A stretch of DNA of 64,000 nucleotides from an uncultured virus (IMG/VR IMGVR_UViG_3300027754_000076) (lineage: Duplodnaviria; Heunggongvirae; Uroviricota; Caudoviricetes), in IMG/VR virus record IMGVR_UViG_3300027754_000076; one strand, written 5' to 3'. The translations under genes and the position numbers were made by a program. Below, one piece after another: positions 25,708 through 35,915 of the stretch; the stretch's first letter is position 1; each line of letters begins with the position of its first letter. A model generated the notes under the pieces. It did not search any database. It was given only the letters and a program-made list of their open reading frames with translations, and was not told where the DNA came from.

Positions 25708-28443
25708 TTAGGGGACTTCGGAAACGGCTTTCGCAAGTTCCCTGGCCTGCGGTTCCGTCAGTTTTGAAAACGGTGTGGCCGCAATCTTTCTGAGCGAATT
25801 GTTGTTGAGAATCTTACCGGCAATTTCAAGTTTCAGACGGGGAATTCCAAGATTGACACGCAGAAACGCAAGTCTTCCGGCCTGTGGAGCGCGCGCCACT
25901 TCTTCAGCATTGATTCCATCGCTTCCCAACATGGACAGCATGGACTCTTTTGCCGTTGGACCGGTTCCTTTCAAAAGTTGCGCCGCTTCAATCAGGTCTT
26001 TTGTCTTTGTCGGTCCAAGTATTTTGCTGGCGATTTCACCCCTGCGTTTTTCCGTAAGCAGGTTCAACAACTCGTCAGGGTCGATAACTTTTCCACCCAG
26101 CTTGGTTGATTTTCTGGCATCATTTATCAACGACTCCAAATATGTTTCCTGAAGCCGTGATGCCAGTTGCGGGTCTTGGCGATGAATGGAGTCCATCATC
26201 TGACCAACTAAGTCCGGGGAATAACCACCCGATCCACCCGAAGGTTTCATGCCGGGTCCAACTTTGAAATCACCACCGATGATTTTGTTAATCAGCGTGT
26301 GCGGGTCGCTTTCGGCGGATGTCGTCTTTCCGCCCATCACATCGGCGTAAATCTGATTTGAAAGAGCTTTCTCCCTGAGTGCGTTGGCTGAAATTGCATT
26401 GGCGGCTGATCTGGCTATTTCGGGACGCGACACAGGTTCAAGCAAGTCCGCTATCTCGCTTGGATTTGCCTGAAGCGATTTCAAAGCATCTGCGGGCGAC
26501 AGTTTACCGGAAGACTCAATCAACGCCTGACGTTTTGCCAGATTAACCACGTTGTCGTAGTTGGGAAACATGGACCCAAATTCTTTGGGCGCATTGGATT
26601 TGAATTCGTCCAACCGTTTAACCACCTGTCCCAAATTGTATTTTCCAGAGACAGAATTGAAGGCGTCTTCATGTATCTCCTGGGCCAAACCACGGCGGAC
26701 GGATTCCAAAACTTTGGGGTAATCATCACCGGAAATCTGCTTCAACCGATCAAAGTTCGATTGCGCGTTTCCACCTGTCAGTTGGGAGTAAACCTCGGAA
26801 GGCTGAGTTCCCTTTGCAACCCCAACATCACGGCTCAAACTTTGAACGAACGGGTCTTTGTAGGAATCCGCAGTTTCAGCATAAAGCTTGTTGGCCGCTT
26901 GAAGCCGGTTTTTAAGGCCGGTGGTTGGCAGGCTGGAAACAATACGGTCAATGTCCTTGGTCAGCGCAGAGACCAGTTTCCATTTATCCCGCTCTGGAAT
27001 TCCAACCATTCTGGCCGGGTCATTTACGGAATCACGAACCAAAGTCCTATACCTGAGCAAGTCTTCCAAACTTTGATCTGTGTCTGCAAAACGCTTTATC
27101 TGTCCAACCTCTCTCTGAATTGCGCCAAGAGTTGCCGGAATCGGAGCCACGGATTCAGTGGAAATCGCTTCCCCTTTGGGTCCGACGATTTTGTTTTCGT
27201 TTACAACTGTTTCTTTCAGGGCTTGCGATTCAAGTTCTTTGGCAATCTGCGAAGTGAACGTGGCTTTACCCTTCACCTTGACGAACGGATGGTCACGAAA
27301 CTCATCGTATGCTTTTGTCACCGCTGCATCTCGCCGTTCCAAGCCTTCACCGGCAAGAGTTTTGACCGCATCACCCGCACTGTGCCGGTCGGTTCCGGGT
27401 CCAATAAGCGAGGCACCACGGGCAGAAGTTGCCACACCTGAAGCTTCAAGGTGGTCGGCTATTTCCTTTGAAAACATATCAATCGCAGCGTTGGCATTGG
27501 CATCAATTGGAGCCAACTGGCTTTTGAGCAAGTCACGGGTTGCGGTGGCTATCTGTGAAGGGGACGCACCGGGCGGCGCTATCTTGGTGGCCGCGTAAAT
27601 TACCGCCTGCCTTGCGCCATCCATCTCTTGGGGCGAAACGCTTCCAGAAATTGGCTTCTTGAGTTCTTGAACGTATTTTCCAACGGCATCGCCTGGAGTT
27701 GTTGGCACTTCGATTCCGTATGCCGATTGGATGGCTTCACGGGCTGCACGGCGTCCGGCAGATTCCACCGGTTCAACCAAGGGCTTAATCAAACCGCCAA
27801 TCGCACCCCTCATTCCAGATGCAATCCGCGACCCCGCTGCTTCCGGGGCAATGGCTGATGCAATTCCGCCACCAACAGCATTGGCGGCTTTTCCGATGAT
27901 TGGACCCGCAACAGCATTTGCCACTGCACCACCGGCTATGTTTCGACCCAATTCGGCTGGGTTGGAGCGGCCTTCCAAAGCTTGTTCGGTTGCATTCTGC
28001 GCTCCGGTAAATGTGCCACCGGCCAATGCGCTACGGACAATATATCCGGCCAATGATTTTGCAGCGCCAATGGCATATTTTGCGGGCAATGCTTCGGAGG
28101 CAAGCGCACCGGCAACGTAAGGGGCCGCCATCCTTCCAACTTTCTCGTTGGATTTTACATCTTCTTCAGTTGTTGGAACAGGCAAAGCCAATCCTGCCGG
28201 TGAAAGATTCTGAGGCGATGCTGCCGACATGGTTTCCAGAAACGTTCTCTCCCTGCGAGGCTTGCTTGCCGCAATCTCGCCCTGTCCCTCACGTCGGCGC
28301 AGTTCGCCTACACCGGGTTTCGATTCTTCGGTTTTTACGCCGTGCATTCCAACAGCTTTGAGCACGTCTTCATGCGAAAGCTCTTTCTCGCTTTCAATGT
28401 TATACGTTTCCCCATTCTGCCCACTGACTTGGTAGGTAGGCAT
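25708..28443 (-). CDS. Large internal virion/DNA-ejection protein
   Basis: 911 aa, Ala/Gly-rich helical N-terminus, last of three ejection-like genes as in P22 gp7/gp20/gp16. Confidence 0.65.
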   Translation of the reverse strand: MPTYQVSGQNGETYNIESEKELSHEDVLKAVGMHGVKTEESKPGVGELRRREGQGEIAASKPRRERTFLETMSAASPQNLSPAGLALPVPTTEEDVKSNEKVGRMAAPYVAGALASEALPAKYAIGAAKSLAGYIVRSALAGGTFTGAQNATEQALEGRSNPAELGRNIAGGAVANAVAGPIIGKAANAVGGGIASAIAPEAAGSRIASGMRGAIGGLIKPLVEPVESAGRRAAREAIQSAYGIEVPTTPGDAVGKYVQELKKPISGSVSPQEMDGARQAVIYAATKIAPPGASPSQIATATRDLLKSQLAPIDANANAAIDMFSKEIADHLEASGVATSARGASLIGPGTDRHSAGDAVKTLAGEGLERRDAAVTKAYDEFRDHPFVKVKGKATFTSQIAKELESQALKETVVNENKIVGPKGEAISTESVAPIPATLGAIQREVGQIKRFADTDQSLEDLLRYRTLVRDSVNDPARMVGIPERDKWKLVSALTKDIDRIVSSLPTTGLKNRLQAANKLYAETADSYKDPFVQSLSRDVGVAKGTQPSEVYSQLTGGNAQSNFDRLKQISGDDYPKVLESVRRGLAQEIHEDAFNSVSGKYNLGQVVKRLDEFKSNAPKEFGSMFPNYDNVVNLAKRQALIESSGKLSPADALKSLQANPSEIADLLEPVSRPEIARSAANAISANALREKALSNQIYADVMGGKTTSAESDPHTLINKIIGGDFKVGPGMKPSGGSGGYSPDLVGQMMDSIHRQDPQLASRLQETYLESLINDARKSTKLGGKVIDPDELLNLLTEKRRGEIASKILGPTKTKDLIEAAQLLKGTGPTAKESMLSMLGSDGINAEEVARAPQAGRLAFLRVNLGIPRLKLEIAGKILNNNSLRKIAATPFSKLTEPQARELAKAVSEVP

Positions 28444-29816
28444 TATTTTACCCTTTTCACGGTTACTTTTTGACCGCCAATATCGTAGGTTGACGCTTCG
28501 GTTTTGGCATCGCCGGGAGGATACGCATCGGAAGCGGGAACTCCGATATTCTTGGCCGTCTTGTCGTAAAGGGACTTCATGGTGACGTATCGGTCGCGAA
28601 TCTTTGGGTTGTTCTGAATTCCCAAGTCCTCTATTTCTTTCAGCTTCTCGCCAAGCTGTTCCAGTTGGTTCACCCGGAAACTCTTGAAACGGTTTCTGAA
28701 ATCTGAATCGTTTGGATTGCCAATCTGTTCAAGGATTGCGTCCTTCTCATTCTGAGTCAGGGTTTTGCCGCCAAATGTAAATGCGCGACCTGTGGCAAGT
28801 GTCTGATATTCTTGCAGCAATTCCCGCTCTTTCGGATACGCTCCGGTCGCCTTGCCTGCCAGATTCTTTGCGCGCGTCCAGATGGGACCAAAATCACCTT
28901 CGTAACCCTTCAGCTTTTCCTCAAGCTTTTCGGTTCCGCGAAGCGTATTTTCAAACAGGCCCAAATCCTTGACCTGTTCTTTGGACAGGTCCGGGAATTT
29001 TCCACCATTGGCAACAATCAGTGAAAGCACTTTCGCTTTCTCGTCCTTTGGCAAAGATGCAAGGTTATTATCCGAACTGATTATTTTGTCCGCCTGCCGT
29101 TCGGCCGCAGTCATTGTCTTGTTGAATTCAAAAGACGTTCCCGCCTTCTTGAGTGCTCTCTGATACGCTTCAGGATCAAATTCACCAGTCTCCGGGTCGA
29201 AAATAGGTTCTCCGGTGGAAGTCTGCAATGAACGCAACTGAGTCATCTGTCCGCTCTTAATGGCTGAACGGCGAAGATCGTTTCTTTCCTGACCCTGGTT
29301 TTCCAATACCGAATCACGATATTGTTTTTCCGTAAGCATCCCATTTCGATATTCAATCAACGCCTGTTGTGCGGGAGTAATAAACTGCCTCTGCATCATC
29401 GGAGCCAGCTTCTCCAACACCGGAGCGGGAGCGCGCGGCAACCATCGTGACAGCACCTCGTTTTGAATCTGTTGCGGTGTGCGCGTCGGTTGCGGTGTGC
29501 GCGTCGGTTGCGAGAATGCGTTGTTCACGTCCGCGCCCAATCCCATGTCCTTGTTCTTGGACGATTCCTTTTCAAGTTCACTCTGGAAATCTGTGGCGAA
29601 ACCTTTCTGCCAGTCCTGGGTGTCTTGGAACTCCTTGGCCTGACGTGCGGCCTGTGCGTTTTGAATCCCCTCGGTGAACTGAGATTCCCGCTTCTTTTCG
29701 GCCAACGATTGCATGAACTGCTGACGGTCCTGCTGTTGCCGCGCCAGCCCTAGTCCGATTTGCAATCCGGCACCCATCGGAGCGACATACGATGCTGCGT
29801 CTGGAATGTTTGGCAT
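28443..29816 (-). CDS. Internal virion/ejection protein
   Basis: Gln-rich helical protein in the podovirus ejection position. Confidence 0.6.
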   Translation of the reverse strand: MPNIPDAASYVAPMGAGLQIGLGLARQQQDRQQFMQSLAEKKRESQFTEGIQNAQAARQAKEFQDTQDWQKGFATDFQSELEKESSKNKDMGLGADVNNAFSQPTRTPQPTRTPQQIQNEVLSRWLPRAPAPVLEKLAPMMQRQFITPAQQALIEYRNGMLTEKQYRDSVLENQGQERNDLRRSAIKSGQMTQLRSLQTSTGEPIFDPETGEFDPEAYQRALKKAGTSFEFNKTMTAAERQADKIISSDNNLASLPKDEKAKVLSLIVANGGKFPDLSKEQVKDLGLFENTLRGTEKLEEKLKGYEGDFGPIWTRAKNLAGKATGAYPKERELLQEYQTLATGRAFTFGGKTLTQNEKDAILEQIGNPNDSDFRNRFKSFRVNQLEQLGEKLKEIEDLGIQNNPKIRDRYVTMKSLYDKTAKNIGVPASDAYPPGDAKTEASTYDIGGQKVTVKRVK

Positions 29817-29819
29817 AAA

Positions 29820-30602
29820 TTAGTAGGAGCTTACAGGCGCGTAGTTTTGGTTTCCGAAGCTGTCTGCCGCGCCAACGTATGAACCGCCGACCGAAGGGGC
29901 CACGGCACCACGACCACCGAAACCGCCACTCATAAGCCCGTAGCCCAACAATGCGCCTCCAAGTTGCTGTCCAGCCGCTCCCAGCGTTCCCAGCGCACCT
30001 GGAGCCACCGCCGCATTTGCCGCCGCTTCCATGTTCTGGCCGCGCTGCTGTTCGCTTCCGCCGTAGAGCAACGACGGGTTGATACCCAACTGTTGGGCGA
30101 TGCTAATCGGCGTGGACATCGGGGTTCCAGAAATCAATTGTTGCGCCTGCTGTTGACCGCTGTTCATCAGACCAAGTGAGGTGGTTCCAAGATCGCGGGC
30201 GGTAAGGTTCCTACCGGCCTGCGACCCGCCAAAGCCGCCGCTCAAACCATGCGCCGCGCCCGACCGTTCAATTGCCGCCTGAACATCGGGCGGAATTCGT
30301 CCGGCCAATTCATCCTGAATCTGGCTTGACCGCGCCCCTTGGATGGCACTGTAACCGGGGATGCTCTTGTTAAGCGCATCCTGCATCTGTTGCTGGTTAT
30401 AGACGTTCTCCTGACTGGTCAGGTTTTGCGCCTGTGGCAGTGCCGCCAACGAGGCGTTCAACGAATCGGTGTAAGCCTTGTTTGGATCAACGTAGGGCGT
30501 GTTGGCTATTTTACCGAGACCGCTCTTGGTCTGGCTGGATGACACAAGTGAGCCGACCGTTCCCACGGCGGATAATCCGATAGCTGCTGCTAGGGCTGAC
30601 AT
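29820..30602 (-). CDS. Pilot/ejection protein (gp7-like)
   Basis: Gly/Ala/Gln-rich with a hydrophobic N-terminus. Confidence 0.6.
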   Translation of the reverse strand: MSALAAAIGLSAVGTVGSLVSSSQTKSGLGKIANTPYVDPNKAYTDSLNASLAALPQAQNLTSQENVYNQQQMQDALNKSIPGYSAIQGARSSQIQDELAGRIPPDVQAAIERSGAAHGLSGGFGGSQAGRNLTARDLGTTSLGLMNSGQQQAQQLISGTPMSTPISIAQQLGINPSLLYGGSEQQRGQNMEAAANAAVAPGALGTLGAAGQQLGGALLGYGLMSGGFGGRGAVAPSVGGSYVGAADSFGNQNYAPVSSY

Positions 30603-31012
30603 AGTTCCTTTCGTTTATGAAATTCCAACCAAGTGTTTGATTTTTCAAACAGTTCATCTTCCAGTGTTTCCACGTTGGTTTCAGTGGTGATGTGGAAGGT
30701 GGCGAACTCCACGTCTTCAAGCGTTACCGCAACCTTCCTCGACCCGGCGACCGATTCAAATATGTGCGGAGCCTCAATGTCTTGAACAATCCCGTTCATC
30801 CAAAGGCGCATTCTTCCTTTAAGCAACAAGTTTGGATGCGTGGTCTTGTGCCTGTGCCCCAGCAACAACATCCCTGCCGGGGCGGACATGTGCCGGATAT
30901 ACATGCCGCTCAAAAAGTGATGGGTTGCCGACGCCATATCGACGGTTGAATTCGGAAGCAACAGTGCCTCCATCTGTTCCACCGGGTCAATGACGGCAAG
31001 TTCGTTCATATA
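30590..31012 (-). CDS. Cupin-like protein
   Basis: HHF..GMYIR...PAG..LLGH.HKT.H...L.KG...GSRK...LEDV motif; start approximate (MNELAV). Confidence 0.7.
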   Translation of the reverse strand, partial: YMNELAVIDPVEQMEALLLPNSTVDMASATHHFLSGMYIRHMSAPAGMLLLGHRHKTTHPNLLLKGRMRLWMNGIVQDIEAPHIFESVAGSRKVAVTLEDVEFATFHITTETNVETLEDELFEKSNTWLEFHKRKELCQP

Positions 31013-32061
31013 AACGCCCCGAACACTCGCCGGGGATGGGCGTCTCCCCACGGCTGACAGTTCACCGTGATCTGTTGTGGTGGTTGATACTTGTCCAATT
31101 CGTTTCGGAGAAGCTGAATCGCAATGGCATGGTGTTGACTGGCCAAGTCAAACTGATGCTGGTCCCGTGAATTCAACGCCATCATTTCTTCCCGGACAGC
31201 CTCGATGTTCTGGATAAACATCCAGTCGGTAGGCACCAGCACGGGGACAAATTCGCGGCGCACCAAGAACGTGGCGGCAATTCCGTTCTGACAGTTTGTC
31301 AGTGCGGGAGCGCAACCCGTGCCGTAATCGGTGCAGCAATTACCTCCGGTGACAGGTGCATTTGAAGCGCAATACGTCGGGAAGTTCAGCAGGTAACGGC
31401 GAATATACCAAGGGTCGGTTTCGGATGCCTCCCAAATCGCAATCGGTGCAGACTGCGTGCTGGTCGGGTAATAGGCGGTGACGTTGATCTGACCCACCGT
31501 AACCGGCTTCTGAACTCCGGTAAGCCCTGGAGGAAGATACTGGTAGGCAGACTGTGCATACGGCAACGCCAGTGTGACCGATTCTTGAACCGGTTGCAGC
31601 GTGGAAGAGTCGATACCTTGAAGCAAAATAATCTTGCCCACGTCAGCCGCCGACTGCGGGTAAAGCTGGATGTAAGCCGGTGAACCGGTAACGTCTTGGA
31701 ACGTGCAGACGTTATTTCTCGGTAATAGCTCCGGCGTCCATCCCTGTTGCTGTTGCTTGCTTTGCCCGACCGGTGGCACCGGATAATCAGTCTGGAACTC
31801 CCACCATTGATTGCGGATGTAAACGGATTCCCGGCAAATATCCATCTTCTCCACTACGGCCACGTCACGCGGGAAAGTGATGCACCCGTTGTATTGGCAG
31901 AACCGCATTACCACGATGGTTCCATACCAGCGTCCGGCATCGGCCAGCGTGCGTTGCGCCCGGTTGGCCAAGGCGATGAACCGCGCGTTGCAGGGCGGAA
32001 GGTTAAGGGTGTCCCCAACCCCGGAGTTTTGAAGATCGGCAAATGTAGTTCGGATTGGCAT
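31006..32061 (-). CDS. Head-tail adaptor/tail tubular protein A-like
   Basis: Size, position and helical ends; Cys-rich insert. Confidence 0.5.
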   Translation of the reverse strand: MPIRTTFADLQNSGVGDTLNLPPCNARFIALANRAQRTLADAGRWYGTIVVMRFCQYNGCITFPRDVAVVEKMDICRESVYIRNQWWEFQTDYPVPPVGQSKQQQQGWTPELLPRNNVCTFQDVTGSPAYIQLYPQSAADVGKIILLQGIDSSTLQPVQESVTLALPYAQSAYQYLPPGLTGVQKPVTVGQINVTAYYPTSTQSAPIAIWEASETDPWYIRRYLLNFPTYCASNAPVTGGNCCTDYGTGCAPALTNCQNGIAATFLVRREFVPVLVPTDWMFIQNIEAVREEMMALNSRDQHQFDLASQHHAIAIQLLRNELDKYQPPQQITVNCQPWGDAHPRRVFGAFI

Positions 32062-32069
32062 AGTGACCT

Positions 32070-33002
32070 TTAAGGAACGTAACCCATCGAAACGTAGAAT
32101 TGCCAGTCTGTTTCCAAAGTGGCAACGCCTGAATAATCACCACCCTTGTTGATTACCTTGAAAACGGTTCCGGCACAGTTCTTTTGAAACAGAGTAAATG
32201 CCGTGGTGGTAACTTGCCAATAAAGGGCAGGCGTTCCCGACACGCTGGAACCGCCTCCGTTGTCATCGCTTACAAACGCATCTGGAGACACGATGTCACC
32301 AGTAACCCAGCCGTTGTTATTGTTTACACAGCGCAACCATACGTTACAGAAACTCGGAAGCTGTGCCAGAGTGTGGGCAACCGAAGTGTTGGCACCCGCC
32401 ACCGGAACCGCCGAAAGCGCGGAAACAAACTTGGTCGTCAACAGATAACCAAAAGAAGGGTTCAGAAGTTGGAAGTGTGCTCCATCGTAAAGCACCAGAT
32501 ACCAGTTACCGGCCACAATCTGACCTGCCGTGGTTGCCGCAGAACCAACTAGAAGTGTTTGCAACGTATAGGCGTTTACTTGAAACGTGCTGGCAGCCGT
32601 GTTGGAATGTGCGGCCAGAAATACGAAGGTCATGCCCGCAACCAGTCCAGTGGCAGGGGTTCCATCCGGGTTTACGGAAACCGGAATCGTGACGCTTGTG
32701 ACCTGATACGAATTGGCCGCGCCTATGTCGGACAGGCCGGGGAAGAAGAACGTCGGTTGGTTCGGAACCCATACACCACCACTCGCCCGGTAAAGTTGCA
32801 ACGGCGTTCCTCCACCGGAGATTTGCAACCACAGGTAGTTTGTGCTGATGGCCGGGGTGGAACTGGAAACGAGAATCTGTGCGTTATCCAGACCGTTGAC
32901 CGTCGCGCTCAAGGCATTGACGAACGCCTGAAACGTCAACTGCCATGTCGCCGGACAGAAGTTGGGCGGAAGCGTTCCAGCGGTGAAGGTAAGGGTAATC
33001 AT
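32070..33002 (-). CDS. Tail fibre-like protein, paralog 2
   Basis: GAANSY...GMTF.F.A.H.NT.AST..VN...L.YDG..FQLLNP; N-terminus paralogous to 33006-34028. Confidence 0.7.
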   Translation of the reverse strand: MITLTFTAGTLPPNFCPATWQLTFQAFVNALSATVNGLDNAQILVSSSTPAISTNYLWLQISGGGTPLQLYRASGGVWVPNQPTFFFPGLSDIGAANSYQVTSVTIPVSVNPDGTPATGLVAGMTFVFLAAHSNTAASTFQVNAYTLQTLLVGSAATTAGQIVAGNWYLVLYDGAHFQLLNPSFGYLLTTKFVSALSAVPVAGANTSVAHTLAQLPSFCNVWLRCVNNNNGWVTGDIVSPDAFVSDDNGGGSSVSGTPALYWQVTTTAFTLFQKNCAGTVFKVINKGGDYSGVATLETDWQFYVSMGYVP

Positions 33003-33005
33003 GGA

Positions 33006-34028
33006 TTAGTGGGCGACATACACCTTGTATTTCCAGTTGGCTGGAGTCACTGGATAAAGGTTTGGAACAAGACCAGCAGCACCATCTCCAACGGCAAAGA
33101 TTTTATGCGTGGCCGGAAATCCCGTTGTGTCAAACGTTTGATAGGTTTTAACACTAACCGAAGTGGTCCTAACTGAAAATGCAGAAGAGGAAACAGCCAA
33201 TGTAGACGTGTTCACATTGACTACAAAAAGATCAGCATCAACTTCATCGTCCTTCAGATAGGAGGCATCGTCAGCCTGACAAACCATTACTGGACGAACA
33301 AAGGCTGGAACTGCTCCAAAACCGTGGTTGTATGTCTGAAGCAGTTGCGGCGGCGCAACCCCAGCCAGCAAGTCAATCAACGGGGAACTTTCCAGAACCG
33401 CAAACGCAATGGCTGGCGTAGGCGGAATCAACGGCGTCACAATCGCCGTTATATCCGGGTTCAACAGTTGGAAATTAGTCCCATCATACTGAACCAGATA
33501 CCAACCGTTGGCGACGATGTAACCGGCACCAATCTGCGCCGCTATAATCTTAATCGGAGCCGCCGCATACGCCGATGCACCCACCTTGACCTGAAACGTG
33601 GAGTTGCCCGTGTTCGCGTGCGTCGCCTTGAACAGAAACGTCATGCCCGTGGTAAGGCCCGACGTGGCAATGCCTCCCGTGGTCTGACTGATGGGCAGAT
33701 ACGACAGCGTGACAACATAGGCGTTGGCCGCGCCCGTGTCCGTGTAGCCCGAAAAGAACCAGTTCTGTTGGACCGGTTCCCAACTGCCAGCTATCACCGA
33801 ATAGACGTAAAGTTGAACTGGAATTCCAGTATCCGTGATCTGAAGCCACAAGTTTGATGGGTTTACCAAGTCCGTAACGGGCACATCTTTACTCACTATT
33901 ACCTGCGAGTAATTCAGCCCGTTTACCGTTCCCGTCAGCGCATTAACGAACCCGGTGAACGTCTGCTGCCATGTCGTGGGGCAGAACCCATTCGGCAAAG
34001 TTCCCGCGTTGAAAGTGATGGTCGCCAT
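33006..34028 (-). CDS. Tail fibre-like protein, paralog 1
   Basis: Shares TF.AGTLP..FCP.TWQ.TF..FVNAL and the downstream fibre motif. Confidence 0.7.
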   Translation of the reverse strand: MATITFNAGTLPNGFCPTTWQQTFTGFVNALTGTVNGLNYSQVIVSKDVPVTDLVNPSNLWLQITDTGIPVQLYVYSVIAGSWEPVQQNWFFSGYTDTGAANAYVVTLSYLPISQTTGGIATSGLTTGMTFLFKATHANTGNSTFQVKVGASAYAAAPIKIIAAQIGAGYIVANGWYLVQYDGTNFQLLNPDITAIVTPLIPPTPAIAFAVLESSPLIDLLAGVAPPQLLQTYNHGFGAVPAFVRPVMVCQADDASYLKDDEVDADLFVVNVNTSTLAVSSSAFSVRTTSVSVKTYQTFDTTGFPATHKIFAVGDGAAGLVPNLYPVTPANWKYKVYVAH

Positions 34029-34029
34029 A

Positions 34030-35874
34030 TCAGTAGTAATCGTTCACGTCGCAAACTTGCACCACCGGACAAACGCCAGCCGCCGTGCATTGCGTGGTGT
34101 TTGCGGTGAGACAAACACTCCTGTCCAAATCGCCTGAAGGCTTTTCCGGCTTCTTGTGCGCCCATGCCCGCATTTCCTTGAATCGGACAGCCCCGGAACC
34201 GGCAACCCGAACTTGGAAGTTGTAACCCCAGCTTGCCGACGTGTTCTGTGCCGGATTAACAGCCGGGTCAGGAGTTTGGAATGAAACCCGATTAAAAGCC
34301 AACGGGTCAGGAAACACAGGCGGATAACACCCAAGATTGGAACAGGCTCCGGTTATGGCGCACGCCGACGTGGTGGCCCAAGGTGTCCATGCCGGTCCAA
34401 GGGATGAACGGTAGTATCCGTTTATGGATACGCTCCCGGCCACCTGGTCGAACCATAGGTCGCACCCAAGCAACTGTTTCAAATCCAAGGAAGACGTTTC
34501 CTGGTTGGCGAAATCAAATGCCCGCGTTTCAAAGGACCATTGAATCGGAACGTAGGCGGTTCCGTTGTAATCCTGTCTGGCGTTGGGGTCGAATTCCCAT
34601 AGCTCAATCTGGTTGGTGGATGAATTACGGACCCACGCAAAAGCGCGTTCCAAGTTGTTCACCGTAGCCTTGAAAACTCCGTAGAACTGGTGTCCGGTCC
34701 AGATTCCATCCCAAGCCGGTGGACTGGTCTTGCCGACGCCACCAACGTTGAAGAAGTCCAAGCTGCCAAGACCGAGGTAATAGATGCCGGTGGTCTGGTC
34801 GCGTTGCGGCTGGACGGTGAACAGGTAGCGGTTCTGCCATGTCATTCCGCTGCTTCCGTAAAGCCATACCGCAGCCTCGCCTTCAATGGCCCGAACCAGT
34901 TGACGGCTCAACGGGATGTTGCCCCATTGATGGACGAAATCGCGACGGGCGTAGAAATAGGAGCGTATCTGCGAATCGCTGGACCGGAAGAACATGTCTC
35001 CGTTCACGTTGTCAAAGCACTCCTGAGATACGGGTCCGAAACCAATCAACGCATACTGTTGAATGGGTTGCTGGAGATTTTTCCAAACGGTTCGGTCGGT
35101 CGGAGCGTTGAACGCAAAGATGCCCTGTGACGTGCCAACCAAAAGGCTGCCTTCACCAAGGGATGTGTCAATGTTCGCCGAATACGTTATGGCGGTGATG
35201 CCGCCCTGAATTCCCGGCACAGCGAATGAACCGCCTTCATTCAGGAAGTCATTCTCAGTGCATTGCAATACGGAGTCGCGGGGATCGGCCAGTTCCAAAT
35301 TCCCGTTTACGATGTCGCCACCAATGTAGTTGCTTCCTTCCGCCACCCACACCCGTCCTTGGTAATAAGCCGTTGGTCCTCCAGGGGGCAGTTCGTGAAC
35401 GTTCAGTGTCGTCTGATTTCCGTTGCTTCTGCGGGAGATGACACCGTTCCAAAAGATAGGCAGGTTTACGTTGTTCTGAACAATCAGGTTTCGTTCAGCC
35501 TGACAGAACCAGACGTGCGGAGCGGTCGGGTCGTTTACAATCGTTCCCGACGTTAGCTCAGTAACCGTGTAGTTGTTGTCGTTCAGGTTGGTCAGATAGA
35601 CGCGACCCGCAATCGAAACGGCGGCAAAGACCTGACCGGAATCCGAAGTGTAAGTGCCAAATCCTTGAAAAAGTCCCTGCAAATAACCGGTCTTTCTCTG
35701 AACCATCCCCGGTCGAATATCGTTGTAGCTGGATCGGAAAACCCGGTTGGTAGCCCACGAAGACTGATTCCGGCTGATAATCGTGGCAGGCAAAGACGAG
35801 TCCACCCCGCCATCCCATGCGGTGATTCCATCGTAAACCCGGTTGGGGTCGTTAATGCCTGAACCCATTTCCAT
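34030..35874 (-). CDS. Tail hub/DNA stabilization protein (P22 gp10 / tubular B-like beta-propeller)
   Basis: 614 aa, beta-rich, YQGRVWV and W.FETR.FDF motifs. Confidence 0.7.
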   Translation of the reverse strand: MEMGSGINDPNRVYDGITAWDGGVDSSLPATIISRNQSSWATNRVFRSSYNDIRPGMVQRKTGYLQGLFQGFGTYTSDSGQVFAAVSIAGRVYLTNLNDNNYTVTELTSGTIVNDPTAPHVWFCQAERNLIVQNNVNLPIFWNGVISRRSNGNQTTLNVHELPPGGPTAYYQGRVWVAEGSNYIGGDIVNGNLELADPRDSVLQCTENDFLNEGGSFAVPGIQGGITAITYSANIDTSLGEGSLLVGTSQGIFAFNAPTDRTVWKNLQQPIQQYALIGFGPVSQECFDNVNGDMFFRSSDSQIRSYFYARRDFVHQWGNIPLSRQLVRAIEGEAAVWLYGSSGMTWQNRYLFTVQPQRDQTTGIYYLGLGSLDFFNVGGVGKTSPPAWDGIWTGHQFYGVFKATVNNLERAFAWVRNSSTNQIELWEFDPNARQDYNGTAYVPIQWSFETRAFDFANQETSSLDLKQLLGCDLWFDQVAGSVSINGYYRSSLGPAWTPWATTSACAITGACSNLGCYPPVFPDPLAFNRVSFQTPDPAVNPAQNTSASWGYNFQVRVAGSGAVRFKEMRAWAHKKPEKPSGDLDRSVCLTANTTQCTAAGVCPVVQVCDVNDYY

Positions 35875-35915
35875 TGAAACTTGACACAGCCAAGGTTATA
35901 GTTCAAGCGGCAATG
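35872..35915. promoter_or_regulatory. Symmetric divergent control region between the tail and packaging operons
   Basis: CATTG-aaa-CTTGA...TCAAG-cgg-CAATG dyad spanning both start codons; contains TTGACA. Confidence 0.5.
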
